NCBI GenBank assembly: GCA_051362555.1
Contig: CM120649.1
Span: 12,958,001-13,022,000 of the forward strand
DNA from: Lingula anatina
Taxonomy: Eukaryota > Animalia > Brachiopoda
Length of the DNA stretch: 64,000 nt
Direction: 5' to 3'
Below, piece by piece: positions 1-13,237 of the stretch. Positions within the stretch are counted from its first letter, which is position 1. Each line of letters begins with the position of its first letter. A program made the translations under genes and the position numbers. The notes beneath the pieces are model-generated. The model had not been told where the DNA came from, did no database searches, and worked only from the letters and a program-made list of their open reading frames with translations.

Positions 1-11
1 TTATATCACTT

Positions 12-229
12 GGGCTCTATTCCCAGAGCTTTAGATCGATCTATCCCCGCGGGGAGTCTCACTAGAATACTGTCAGATAATCCGACTTCAATGTCCGTCC
101 CGCCTACTACAAGCAGTAAGGGGGTAATTAACTTTCGTGTCCGCCCGGCTGACAGCTATATTTAGCGTGAACCCCCAGGGAGTTGGGTCGATCTAAAGTA
201 GATCGATCTAATCTCTGGAAATGGGGTCT
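12..229 (+). mobile_element. MITE, PIF/Harbinger-like family A
   Basis: Imperfect ~30-bp TIR containing TAGATCGATCTA. Reverse-complement copies at 19149-19362 and 32417-32642. Confidence 0.75.
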
Positions 230-627
230 TGCTCCGCTAGTCCATCTCCCTCTCAAATGACCAAGACAATGACGCTGTTAATGCCCACGAACCATACAAT
301 TAGGGTCAGTCTAGAATGCCCGCCTTACCTGACCCCTACCTGTATGACTAAACTGATGACCACGGACGATATAAAAATAATTGACTTAAAAACTGCCTGT
401 TCATCCCCACGGTTTGGGCACTTATAGCTTTGTTGTAAAAAACATTCACGTCATGAATCTGACTACTCCACGTGCCTTCGATGATGAAGCTAAATTATCT
501 TTAAACTTAATAACCTGGACATGCGGAAGTTTAGATTAAGCGGGCCGTGCATTTGCACGCGGCTTCCAACCGAAAATGTATAAAAGAGACCCCAGAACGG
601 GCAAGTTGTTACGGAAGTAAAAGAACC

Positions 628-1539
628 ATGAGAAACGCACAGTTATCGCCGCGGGTTGCCGTCGCAGCACTGACAGCAGCAGTCTGTGCAGTTTGGGTGA
701 GTGGCCTCTCCTGCTTAGTTTAGTGCCAATATTGATACGTACCCTTTCCATTTCTCTATCTAACGCGCCAAATGGTTGTGTAATGTGGTGTTTAGTTATT
801 TTGCCTTATGATTTCTTAACTGTTCGTATTTTGCCGAAGGCGCTAGATATTATGCTTATTCAAACGTACCATTCTGAAACATTTCAGCTATCAGAAGTAT
901 CACACGCACAAACGATGGATGAACTTATCAACAGTGCAGCAAATGAAAGTAAATATCAACATAACTTTTCATCATCTTCCTAGTTCTACACCTACACCTA
1001 GTATTAAAGTGTTCCAGTTGCAAAGAGTAAATAAACATATCATCAGTAAGTAAAAAAAAAAAGGGGGGGGGGACGAGTAGGGTAAAAAGTATGTCTTGTT
1101 TCGGAGTAAAAGTCGGATAGTGGTTCATTTGCTTTTAATTTGCTTTAATTCTGCGTATCTCGTAATGTTCTAGCCAGTATTATTAAAATCAGTAGAGTTT
1201 TTATCCTAAATTATTGCCGACTCACATGAAAGCATGCCGAGATTTAAATGATCTGCCCCTACTGGGGCGGCGCAAATGGGAAGCGGGAATCTATTATCAA
1301 GTGCGTGTCTCTTTTGATTGTTGGACTTGTCAGCCCGCGGATCAACTGTTTCTGAACAGGTCCTTACTCTTGTTCTCATACCTTTCCAGGCAGAGCTTTA
1401 GAACTCTTTCAAGATGACAGTGTCATACTACGCGAACTAGACATTTTAGAGCTGCGGGAGGACTACCTCGCTCTCGCAAGAGCCAGGGAAGAGGAGTTTG
1501 GGTGAGTCGATTTGTCGTGTATGAGGACAGTAAGGATCC

Positions 1540-1575
<36 letters not shown>

Positions 1576-2669
1576 TATAGCACAACAAATGATTTAAATG
1601 ATTCGCTTTCAGTAGCAAAGTTGCAGTTATGAAACGGGTGGTGATATCTCGATGTTTAGTTTGACTGGAATAAATATTATCTGAAGGTTTTTTAAGACAC
1701 GAACGCATCTTAATAACTTGTGAATTATTTTTTTCTGACAAAATTTTAGTAAAAGTTTTACAACGAAAGACAAATGCTATCACCACTTCCCATTTGTTAA
1801 ATAAACCGTTTTTCTGTTTGATCTTAAAAGGCCTCCAGACAAGGATGGCAACTACGGGGAGAAACGAAGGCGAAAAAAGAGGAAAGGCATACGGGATAGA
1901 AGACGACGATGGACAAATAATATAGTCCCATACACAATCTCGTCGGTGATGAGTAAGTAAAGTTTGTAAAAAAAAGATAACTGATATTGTTTTAAAATCT
2001 TAACACACATTAAAGCTTGTACTTAAACGTACTTAAACGCAATCGGCGGAATCACGCACGTGCACGTGTAGTTCAAAAAAGGCATTCGCACGCATGCGCA
2101 AAATAAATGCAGTGCATTTCTCTAATATAATACTACTTAACCGATCTACGTTCACAGCTGCCTCAGATCGCAGAGCCATAGAGCAGGCCTTCAACGACTG
2201 GAATACATACACATGCATCCAATTCAAGCCAAGAACAAATGAAAGGAATTACATACACTTGCAAAACGGAGCCGGGTAAGAAGAAAATAATTAATGCTTA
2301 CTAGAAAACCATGTTGGATTTGGAACTGCAATTGAATAAACATTCTCTTATGAAACTGCGTGTTGATTTATTAATAATATGCACTTGTAAAGGGTCCTTA
2401 TGCTCCAAATGAAAATATGTGATGTATTTTGGCCGTTTTATTTTTAGGTGTTCTTCATATGTTGGTATGTTAGGTCGAGGTCAACAACCAGTTAACTTAG
2501 CTCGAGGATGCAGATCGGTAAGTTGAATCGTTCTTTAACCTCGTGTTTATCTAATTGTTTCACTTAATGTCTTTTTCATATCATTTACCATTATTTTCTT
2601 TTCATTTGTCCACAATTATATTGTCTAATTTTTACCCCAATATGCCTTGAGAAGAGGTTTTATTATTAT

Positions 2670-2704
<35 letters not shown>

Positions 2705-2782
2705 TTTTACTTTGCTGTTGCTCTAAAGCCCTACCCCGGTTGATGGACACTAAATCAATCCATTGTCAACAAGATGTAGCCG

Positions 2783-2844
<62 letters not shown>

Positions 2845-5262
2845 AGCAAGTCTTACTCCCTTCTCACTGTTTATAGTTTTGGTTTTCCTATTCTTTCTCT
2901 TCATATCTATCAGAAAGGCATCATCATCCATGAATTGGGCCACGCAATCGGCTTCAACCACGAGCAGACGCGATACGACAGGGATACCTATGTCACCATC
3001 GTCAGGGCAAACATCCCGGGACATCTTTATTACAATTTTGAGAGATATCCACAGTCTTTAACTAGTACGCACGGCGTGCCATATGACTACGACAGCGTCA
3101 TGCATTATGGGCAATATGTAAGTTTAAATTTTTTATTATTTCATTCGTCGTCTTCTTGTTGAATTCTCTGAATTTTGCTTTCATTTGATGGGTCTCTAAT
3201 ACATATGAAAATACAAAACCTATGTATTTTCAGGCCTTTTCTACCAATGGGCGTCGGACCATTATAACCAAGGATCCAGCCAAGCAGAATACGATCGGAA
3301 ACAGATTTGGGCACAGTTTCGGCGATGTCAAATTAGCAAACGCCATGTACAGTTGCGATAGTGAGTGTCGTCGTTTTAGAAACAGGTTTTGCACTACGTT
3401 CATGTCATTTGTTAATACTGGTAGTTCAGGCCCGTAGCCAGCAATTTCGAAGAGGGGGTTCTTTTTCTGAAAAAGTGAACCTAACGAAAAATCCCCATGT
3501 ACTTATGTCAAATTTTACCCAGAGTGGACCTTTTTTTCAGCAAAAAGGGGGGTTCTTTCGAACCCCCCGAACCCCCCTGGTTACGGGCCTGTAGTTCTTT
3601 AACATTCTTTATTGTAAATTATGTAATAAGGAAAATTGTCTTATAATTCTTAAACTGATCAAAACCAGCGCACCTCTCTCCATGTAAGAAACACTATTCA
3701 CTTGAGTCTGATTTTTTTTTATTTCTCAGGCGGCTGCGCCAACAGACCCAGCTGCCCCTCCCCGGGCTTCGTGGACAAAAATTGCCGTTGTATGTGTCCA
3801 GGAACTAGAAGTGGCGTTCCAGTGCAACCCTGCGGCACCGGAGGGGGCACTGGAGGCGGTACCGGGGGTGGAACCGGGGGCGGGACTGGAGGCGGTACCG
3901 GGGGTGGTACCGGGGGAGGAACTGGGGGCGGTACCGGGGGTGGCAACAGTGAGTTTATTGAACCTGCATTTATATTTTTACTTAACTTAGTACTGAATAA
4001 CTTCTGATCAATTGTTTTCAAAGGACTACCGAAGACTTATATATCCCTCTTGCAAGAAATATGCTATTTTAAAACAACTGTGGTCTAAACACGATGATGA
4101 TGATGATGCTCCAATTCCGCCCAAGGGCGAAGGATGATGGTGATGATTATGATAACTTTTTTCTGTTACAGACAACTGTCGAGATTACAACAGCAACTGC
4201 GCAGCTTGGGCTGCACGAGGCGAGTGCGGACGTAACCCACGATATATGCAGCTGAATTGTAGACAGTCGTGTCGTCTCTGCAGTGGAGGAGGTAGGAGAC
4301 ATTTTGTTTTCCAGCTGTTATTCTAGAAAGTTTATTCTTCCCTCATTATATTGATATTGAGTTTCCCTTTTGTGTTGTTGAACAGTTTCATTAGTTTGAA
4401 ATAACCAATATAGTCAAAGCCCTCATTTCCCTGATGAAGTCTGACTATCAGCAGACGAAATATTGGCTGGTAAATATCCCTGAATTTACTATAGATATTG
4501 ACAAAAGAAACACCATTGCTTATTACCCTTTTCTTAGTTTTGAAATAGTCTGTTTTTTTAAATAGTTTTGTTTTTTAAAATAGTTTTATTATAGGAAAGT
4601 TTATACTAATAGGTCCAAGTAAGTGAACGAAAATAATATTGTTGAATTTTAGCTAAGTTTGAAAAAAGGACCGAAAAAGAATTTTAACCTAAAATGTTTT
4701 TAAAAGCTACTGAACTTAAGTGGCAAAGTATCTGTCACATGTGTTCAAATTTATGCTTAAAGTTTTTCTTAATTATCTTCCTTCTTTTACTTCCCAGGAA
4801 GTAGCAGTTGCGTGGACTATAACACATACTGTGCCTCGTGGGCTTCACGTGGCGAGTGTACCCGTAACCCTCGGTATATGATCCCTTACTGCCCCAAGTC
4901 CTGCAATAGATGCACCTCGGGATCTCCATCAGGTACGGTCACAAATTATTGTTGTTCTATAAGTGTATGCCAAATTATCTCACATTTTTTAAAACATTTT
5001 TTGAATTCATAACTGTGTTACTTCAAAATAATATTTTGCCTTATTTCAGTTCATTCTCAAAATTAATTTGTCGTAAGTAGCACATTCCAAAATTTAAGGT
5101 AGGGAGACCAACTATTGTTTATTTTGTTCATTTTCATTTATTTCAGTTCCATGCGTTGACGAGAACGTCTTCTGTCCTTCCTGGTGGAGAATGGGGGAAT
5201 GCACCAAGAATCCCAATTACATGCTTGTAAGCTGTCGACGTTCGTGTGGACAGTGCTCCTGA
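628..5262 (+). CDS. Secreted astacin (M12A) zinc metalloprotease with Cys-rich segment, Gly/Thr linker and 3 ShKT domains (~490 aa, 12 exons)
   Basis: Phase-consistent GT-AG exons: 628-696, 888-948, 1390-1501, 1831-1952, 2158-2275, 2448-2517, 2914-3117, 3234-3360, 3730-3948, 4172-4291, 4798-4932, 5147-5262 (1473 nt). Hydrophobic N-terminus, furin-type [23 protein letters not shown] zinc motif, SVMHY Met-turn, (TGGG)9, and three 6-Cys ShKT exons (CxDxNxxCxxWxxxGECxxNPxYMxxxCxxSCxxC). AATAAA at 5394. Confidence 0.93.
2671..2842. repeat. (AGT)n and (TA)n microsatellites in astacin intron 6. Others: (CA)n ~1544-1573, (TAAA)n ~43590-43635, (GT)n ~53426-53450 and ~54150-54190
   Basis: Directly visible simple repeats. 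Confidence 0.95.
3427..3591 (+). mobile_element. TIR MITE family C (superfamily not determined)
   Basis: CAGGCCCGTAGCCAG ... CTGGTTACGGGCCTG with TAGTT on both sides. Absent from the homologous intron of astacin copy 2. Second copy at 30147-30319. Confidence 0.85.
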
Positions 5263-7213
5263 TTGAGGAGTTCACCATATCACATATCACTTTTTTTTTC
5301 ATTTTGCCACAGAAATTAATTTAATTTCTTATAAATTACTTTGGTTTTTAATGATATATAATGTCAGTTAGAATTATAATAACTAATTAAGACAATAAAT
5401 GGTCATTTAAGACAGATAATTCCGTTGTTATGTATTTATCCTCATTCTGTGCTGGTAGCACCTGACGAGATACCACGGTATATTGACCGATTTTAACCCT
5501 GTAAAACAAAAGTGGACTGAGTGGAAGTTGTTTTCGTTTGGCAAGTAAATTTGGTCTTTTTTAAATAAGAGAGAGTTTTCTCCCACACACACAAGCACGC
5601 AGAGAGAGAGAAAGAGAGAGAGAATGTGCTTGCTTCAAAATTCCACTGTATTAGCTGGGCAGCCTGGACTGTTGAACCGCTAATACATCGAAACTCAACT
5701 GATGAACAGCGGGTTCAGCGCATAAATATCCTCATTTTTTAAAAAGAGAACGAACATTGGAAAACACTTTGTTGTCTCCATCCGTCGTCTGGGAGCCAAC
5801 TGTTTATTATGAATAAAATATATTTCGTGCACACAACCACAAGAGAGAGAGATCGTGTCCTACTTCTTCACGGGGTAAAACAAATTATTGTGACACGTAG
5901 GACATTGATAAAAAAGTCATGACATATGACATTAATCATGTTACATAATATCACTCTCGATCGCGACTCCTACAGTATTCGTGACTATTAATGCCTGCTT
6001 TACGCTTTATCGCAATAAATCTGGGACACAATAGCGTGACAAAGACTACCAAAGAAAAAATGGGCCATCGACCGATCATAAAGGGAGTGATTTCATCTGA
6101 TTTTCTTCCAGTATTCTAGCCCGCCTCCAATCTGGGTCCAATCTTCGCCAATTGCCCTTTACGGCATCAAACATGTAGCCTACGTAATGTTCTACGTGGG
6201 TCGCACACGTAGGCTTTTGATTTCGCAATGACACAGATTTCGGCGCGGGCGCACTATATGGTCAGGAGGAGAAAGCGGTTCGAGTGCCTTCGTACCCCAA
6301 GAGAACAGAGGAGGGTTTGTTCAGTGTTTTACCCCCTCCCCTCCGTTTTTGGACATCTTGGGTCCGCTAGTGGTATATTGTTGTGTTTTGAATAAAACAG
6401 TGGGGACACGAGGCTTCACTCTTAATTCACATTTTACTAGTAATTTTTATGTTGTTTTTTGAGTATTCACTCCTCCACCAAAAAAGTATCCCCCCCCCCC
6501 CTAATGCAATGTGTTTGATGATACAGAATATAAAGTCATAAAATAATACTTTTTATTCAACTTCAAGAAGGATTTTTTCCACAAAATGTTACTTATTTCA
6601 AACCATAGTAAAAACAAATTAAAACCCTGTTTTGGAATTTTGCACAGTAGGCCTATCGTCTGGATGAGAGGGACGTACTTGACGCATCTGAAGAGTGCAA
6701 AGTGATTCGAAACCATTTTTATTTGTAGGGTTATCCGTTCGGCCTAACGTAGACTGTCACTGCCTTGCCCGTGTACCTGTTATTTTACTGCCTAACCTTC
6801 TGAACGGTTCTTATGAAACAAACCAACCTTCTGGCGATTTCAGCGGGTCGAACTCCTTCCTATGTCAACTGCATGCTAGAAATGCATTCCTCTCATTTAG
6901 AAGCAGCATATTAAAATATAATAAGTGTTGGGATATTTAAATGGTCAAGCTTGGTACATATAGGTCAATGTTCTACATGTACTTCTCACATCCACCATTT
7001 ACCCGATATTCAGTTTCCCCGTTGTTACGTGATAGTAAATTAAAATTATGGATACCCTCTTAGCAATGCAGTGGAGGCGAGCCTTTTTGGAAGGGGACTA
7101 CGTTATTGCTACTGCCTAAAAATTTCCACCCACAATTTTGGACATCGAAACCAGGTTATCATGCCATGAAAACAATTAAAAATACTAAAATACAAAAAAT
7201 GCTACTTATCTAA

Positions 7214-7393
7214 AGCCGCATTCACAACCAAAGTTACAAACAGATCCGTGGATCAAATATGGCCGACCCACTTGACAGCTTACGGCGGAATCCTTGCGGG
7301 CAATCTATTCAGTGTCTATAAGGGAATTATGCAGCAAACTTTCAATCGGGTCGACCATATTTTATCCGTGGATCTGTTGGTCTGAATGCGCCA
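7214..7393. mobile_element. Harbinger-like MITE family B
   Basis: TIR GCCGCATTCA../..TGAATGCGCC with internal inverted arms and TAA on both sides. Confidence 0.7.
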
Positions 7394-7857
7394 TAAGAAG
7401 CTCCTTCAAATAATCGAATTATTTTACTTGCTCGGCTCCGCAGGCTCACCCCGTTCTCAAATGACCAAGACAATGACGCAGTTCATGCCTACCCTCAACC
7501 AGGACGACAGATTGATTTTCTACAGATAATTACAGATATGTCTATAGATAAATAGACAGTCATTTTTGCTCTCAGTCATACACGCGAGCACCTATCTATA
7601 GCATATCATAACTGCGGTAGACGTTTTTCAAGGAGTCCGAAACATGTAAGTCATGTAAAAGACAACCCGAGTCTAAATCATTGCATTAAAAAGGAAATAC
7701 CTCCAGGAATGTATTGTTAGAACGTCTTTTTTCTCAGTTTTCTCGTTCTTTTCGGACGAAACGCCTGACGTGATTTTAAAGCCTCAGCATAAAATGTCCA
7801 CAATAATAACCGCGGCCCTGGTAGAGGGTAGTTAATGCCCACGAACCATACGTGTTG

Positions 7858-7986
7858 GGTTAAAAACAACGTTCTGTTTTCACTCATCTTTGCATTGCTT
7901 CTGTACAAAATGTCCCCTTGCTGCCCGCCCAAGGGAAAAATCTTAACACGTGGGTAGTTAGGCAAGACCTGTGACGTGTAACGCGC
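7858..7986 (+). repeat. Dispersed repeat fragment, second copy at ~34487-34615
   Basis: GGTTAAAAACAACG..CATCTTTGCATTGCT.CTGTACAAAATGTCC..CAAGGGAAAAATC..CACGTGGGTAGT is shared. Absent from the copy-1 astacin upstream region. Confidence 0.75.
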
Positions 7987-8318
7987 TCAAAGCTATTAGG
8001 GTCAATTTAGAGATTTGTTAATGCCCGCCTTACCTGACCCCTACCTGTATGACTAAACTGATGACCACGGACGATATGAAAATAATTGACTTGAAAACTG
8101 CTTGTTCATCCCCACGGTTACGGCACTAAAAGCTTTGTTTTAAAGAAAACATTTACGTCATGAATCTGACTACTCCACGTGCCTTCGATGATGAAGCTAA
8201 ATTATCTGCAATCTTGACCTGGACATGCCAAAGTTAAAATAAAGTGCACGCTGCGTCCAACCGAAAATGTATAAAAGAGACCCTAGAACGGGCAAGTTGT
8301 TACAGAAGTAAAAGAAGC

Positions 8319-11300
8319 ATGAGAAACGCAGAGTTATCGCCGAGGGTTGCCGTCACAGCACTGATAGCAGCAGTCTGTGCAGTTTGGGTGAGTGGCCTGT
8401 CTGCTAAGTTTAGTACCAATATATTGATACGTACCTTATCAAACTTTCTATCTAACGCGTCAAATGGTTGAGTAATGTGGTGTTTAGTTATTTTGCCTTA
8501 TGATTTCTTAACTGTTCGCATTTTGCCGAAAACGCTAGACTTTATGCCTAATCAAACTTACTATTCTGAACTATTTCAGCTATCAGAAGTGTCACACGCA
8601 AAAACTATAGATGAACTTATCAAGAGTGCAGCAAAGAAAAGTAAATTTCAGCATTTCTATTCATCATCGTCATAGTTCGACACCTACACCGAGTATTTAA
8701 CTTGTTCCAGTTACAAGAGTAAATAAACATTTCGCTGCAAGTTTAAAAAAGGGGGGGGGGGGCGAAAAAGGGCAAAAAGTATATATTAAACGTTTCTGCA
8801 TGAAAATCGGAAAGTGGTGCATTTGGCTTAACTCTTCACAGTATCTCGTAATATTCTAACCAATATTATTGAAACCAGTAGAATGTTGATACTTAATGGC
8901 CTGTTCAGAACCAGTTGGTCCACGGTCTAACTAGTCTGGAGATCAGATAAAGTCGGTCCGCGAACTAACTAGTCTGCGGATCAAATAAAGCCGACCCACT
9001 TGAAAGCAAGTCGAGATTTAAATGATCTGCATCGGCTGAGACGGCGCAAATGGGATGCAGGAATCCATTGTCAAGTGCGCGTCTTATTTGACCCGCGGAC
9101 TAGTCAATTCGAGGAAAAAAACTGGTTCTGAACATGCCCTTACTCTAGTTCTATTTTACCCAGGCAAGGCTTTAGAACTATTTCAAGATGACAATGTAGT
9201 TCTACGCGAATTAGACATTTTAGAGCTGAAGAAGGACTATCTCGCACTCACAAGAGCCCAGGAGAAGGAATTTGGGTGAGTTAAATTGTCATATTTGAGG
9301 ACAGTTGGGATCCAATAACTCATATATATATTACAGCACAACAAGTGATTTAAATAATTCGCTTTCAGTTGGGAAGTTACAGTTATCAAACAGGTGGCGA
9401 TTACTCGCTGCTTGTTTAATTGACTGGAATAAGTATTATCTGAAGGTTGTAATTACACACACGCATCTTGATAACTTATGAATAGTTTCCGTTTTTTCTG
9501 ATAAAATTTAAGTTCAATTATAAAACTAGAAAAGCACTCCGAGTGCGCAGATCTCCGCTATTATTATTATTGATTATTGATCCAGATCACCACTAAAAAC
9601 ATATCATTTGTTCCTGGGCCCACTTCTCACAGTTCCTAAAAATTTCAGCAAAATCGGTCCATAACTTTTTGAGTTATGTTGATGACAAACAAATAAAGAA
9701 ACAGGGGTGAAAACATAACCTCCTTATTGGAGGTGAAAACGTAAGGCAAAGACTACTAGTAGCACCACGACTCATTTGGTAATTAAACCGTTATTTGTTT
9801 GTTTGATCTTATAAGTCCTCCAGACAAGAATGAGAGAAACCGGGAGAAACGAAGACGAAAAAAGAGGAAAGGCATACGGGATACAAGACTACGGTGGACA
9901 AATAATATAGTCCCGTACACCATCTCGTCGGTGATGAGTAAGTAAATTTTGTATAAAAAAAAGATAACTGATATTGTTTTAAGCTTGGAAATCTGCTATA
10001 CACACATGGAAGCATGTGCTTAAACGTACTTAAACACAATTGGCGGAATCACGCACGTGCACGTGGAGATCAAAAGTGCAGTCGCACGCATGCGCAAAAT
10101 AAATGTATGCGGTAAATTTCTCTAATAAAATACTTCTTTACCGATCTCTGTTCACAGCTGCCTCAGATCGCAGAGCCATACAGCAGGCCTTCAACGACTG
10201 GAATACATACACATGCATCCAGTTCAAGCCGAGAACAAATGAAAGGAATTACATACACTTGCAAAACGGAGCTGGGTAAGAAGAAAATAATTAATGCTTA
10301 CTAGAAAACCATGTTGGATTTGGAACTTCAATTGAATAAACATTCTCTTATGCAAGTGTATGTTGATTTATTAATAAAAAAAACACCTGTAAAGGGTCCA
10401 TTTGCTCCAAATGAAAATATTCAATGTTTTTTTTTTTTTTGTCGTTTTATTTTTAGGTGTTCTTCATATGTTGGGATGTTAGGTCGAGGTCAACAACCAA
10501 TAAACTTGGCTCGAGGATGCAGATCGGTAAGTCCAAGTCGTTCTTTAACCTCGTATTTATCCAACTGCTTCACTAAATGTCCTTTCATCTCATTAACCAT
10601 TATTTTCTTTTCGTTTGTACACAATTATATTGTCCAATTGACCCCGATTTGCCTTGAGCAGAAGTTTTTTTTTTATTGGGTTTTACTTTTTTCTTTATTA
10701 TTTATACTTTGGTGTTGCTCTAAAGCCATACCCCGTTGTTGTAGAACTCTAAATGAATCCAAGATCAACAAGATGGCGCCGTATTATAAACATATACAGT
10801 ATATACTGGTATAATGAACAAAGTCTCACTTCCTTCTCACTCAATATAGTTTTGGTTTTCCTATTCTTTCTCATCTTATCTATCAGAAAGGAATAATCAT
10901 CCATGAATTGGGCCACGCAATCGGCTTCAACCACGAGCAGACGAGATACGACCGGAGAAAATATGTCACCATCCTCAGGAAGAACATTCCAGAACATCTT
11001 TTTTACAATTTTAGGAGATATCCAAAGTCTTATACTAATACGCACGGCCTACCATATGACTACGACAGCGTCATGCATTATGGGCAATATGTAAGTTTAA
11101 GTTTTTTTTAATTATTTCATTTGTCGTCTTTTCGTTTAATTCTCTGAATTTTGCTTTCATTTGTTGGATCTCTAATACAAATGGAAATACAAAACCAATA
11201 TATTTTCAGGCCTTTTCTACCAATGGGCGTCGGACCATTATAACCAAGGATAAAACCAAGCAGAATACGATCGGAAACAGATTTGGGCTTAGTTTCGGCG

Positions 11301-11666
11301 ATGTCAAATTAGCAAACGCCATGTACAGATGCGATAGTGAGTATCGTCGTTTTAAAAACAAGTTTTGCAATACGTTCAGGTCATTTGTAAAAACTGCCAA
11401 TTTTAACACTGTTTATTGTACATTGCATTAATTATGTAATAATGTGATGTAATAATTTAATGTGAATTGTTGGATAATTCTTAAACGGGTTAAAACCAGC
11501 ACACCTCTCTCCATGCATGAGACTTTTTTACTCAAGTCTGATTTTTTAAATCTCAGGCGGCTGCACCAACAAACCCAGGTGCCCCTCCCCGGGCTTCGTG
11601 GACAAAAATTGCCGTTGTATCTGTCCAGGAACTAGAAGTGGCGTTCCAGTGCAACCCTGCGGTTAA
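8319..11666 (+). CDS. Astacin metalloprotease, tandem paralog 2, C-terminally truncated (~330 aa, 9 exons)
   Basis: Exons 8319-8387, 8580-8640, 9164-9275, 9816-9937, 10158-10275, 10457-10526, 10887-11090, 11210-11336, 11557-11666 (993 nt). The first 8 exon sizes are identical to copy 1. [12 protein letters not shown] and SVMHY are intact. TAA falls immediately after VPVQPCG. Confidence 0.88.
8898..9138. mobile_element. Harbinger-like MITE in intron 2 of astacin copy 2 (5'-truncated counterpart at ~1215-1365 in copy 1)
   Basis: TIR GGCCTGTTCAGAACCAGTT / AACTGGTTCTGAACATGCC. Shares GGATCAAATA..GCCGACCCACTTGA with 7214-7393. Confidence 0.7.
9524..9736 (+). mobile_element. Helentron/HINE-like element in intron 3 of astacin copy 2
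   Basis: Colinear with 59223-59526 and absent from copy 1 intron 3. Confidence 0.75.
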
Positions 11667-11747
11667 AGTCCCCGAACTTAAGTGGTAAAGTATCTGTCAC
11701 ATGTGTTCAACTTTAAGCATATCGGCATTAAAGTTTTTCTTGACTAA

Positions 11748-13214
11748 TATTCCTCTCCGCCGCCATGTTACCGTTACCGCTTCTCCTCCTAGACTACAAC
11801 CTACAATGGCCTGCGTACCCATCTCTTGGATTTAGGTCACCTATAATCTCAACTCGTTCCGCGAAAAATTTGAGCTTCGTCGATTCAGGGGTCTAGGTGT
11901 GGCGCTCATTGCAATGCACCCTTGTACAAAATTGACAAATTTAAATGTTCATTATCTACCATACCGACGGAATTATGGGAAAAATTTCTATAGACGGCTG
12001 ACCAAAAGTCATATGTGGAGATTTCAAATATGACCTTGGATTTGACCTTTGACCTTTATTTCAAGGTGAAACGGGCCAAAATTTCAAAAAAGGGAATTTT
12101 TACGAAAAAAATTATTTGCGCTGATATTTAGAAACTACAAATACCTACCTATAATATTATTGGCAGGGGTTACCCTTCAGGTCATCTTTCATCTCCGTGA
12201 GTTTGGGGTCAATCGGTGTATTTTCACGGGAGCAGCGGCCATTAGATGCCGAAACATAAAACTCTCTCTAATTCTGGAATCGTTAATGCTAGAGACCTCT
12301 TATTTTTTGCATTTGATAGAGCATGTCAAGCCCAACAGTAAAGGTAGTCTCCGTTTTTTTTCCATATGGTTTACGAGTTATGCTGTATCAAAAAGTACAT
12401 TGTGGCGGTGAAAGTAAAATGTGCCATATGGTAATATGCATAAAATTTTGAACGTCTGGAAAAGATGACATAAGGCTTGGCGAGGCAGACAACTTTTAGT
12501 CAAAAATGACATTATTTCTTCTGTAGGAAATTTATGGCACATTACTGTTACAAAATACTAAATTATGGACCTATTTTGATGAAATTTTCATGAACTGTCA
12601 AAAGTGGGCCAAGGAACAGATGATTAGTTTTTGGTGGTGATCCGGATCAATAATCAATCAATAATCAATAATTATGAAAAATTGCTGCCTTGGCGGAGGT
12701 CTGAGCTCTCGGAGTGCTTTTCTAGTTACTATTGAAGTTGAATAAGATATATACTGGCAATCTAACTGCGACCTTAAAATTGACCTTTGACCTACTTTTC
12801 ACCATGAACTGAACTTTGCAACCTTTCTATCTGTCATATCTCCAAAACTAGCAGAGATATGCCCATGGTTACTATTGAACTTGAATAGGAAGTCATATAA
12901 TGGCAATCTAACTGTGATCTTAAAATTGACCTTTGACCTTCTCTACTCCATGAATCGCACTTCACCAATTTGGATTTAAACTTTTACTCTTCCCCATGAT
13001 TTTGTTTTGAATTGTAATTTTCAATAAAAATATCTAGAACTCTAGTTTCTAATTATTGTATCAAAATTGACAAAATGACATATTTTCTTCATCTGTTTTT
13101 TGTCTGTACATTTGACAGTTTTGCTGCCTTGTTTTTGGTTTTCCATACTAATTCGCTTACTCCAGCTGGTGGTACAATATCCGGAGGCGGTATCGCTTCT
13201 CTGATCCTCTAGTT
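11748..13214 (-). mobile_element. Composite Helitron/Helentron-like insertion with a nested HINE copy (12555-12727) and internal ~143-bp repeats
   Basis: The minus strand begins AACTAGAGGATCAG and ends GGCGGAGAGGAATA. Repeated TTGACCTTTGACCT motifs. It occupies the position of the ShKT-2 exon of copy 1. Confidence 0.55.
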
Positions 13215-13237
13215 GTATTCATTTTCATTTATTTCAG

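Noticed and set aside
2647-2913. N-terminal extension of the 171-aa ORF (poly-S, YIYIYI)
   Set aside because: Translation of intronic microsatellites upstream of the real acceptor at 2913.
3719-4021. Minus-strand (PPPV)n proline-rich ORF
   Set aside because: Antisense shadow of the (TGGG)9 linker exon.
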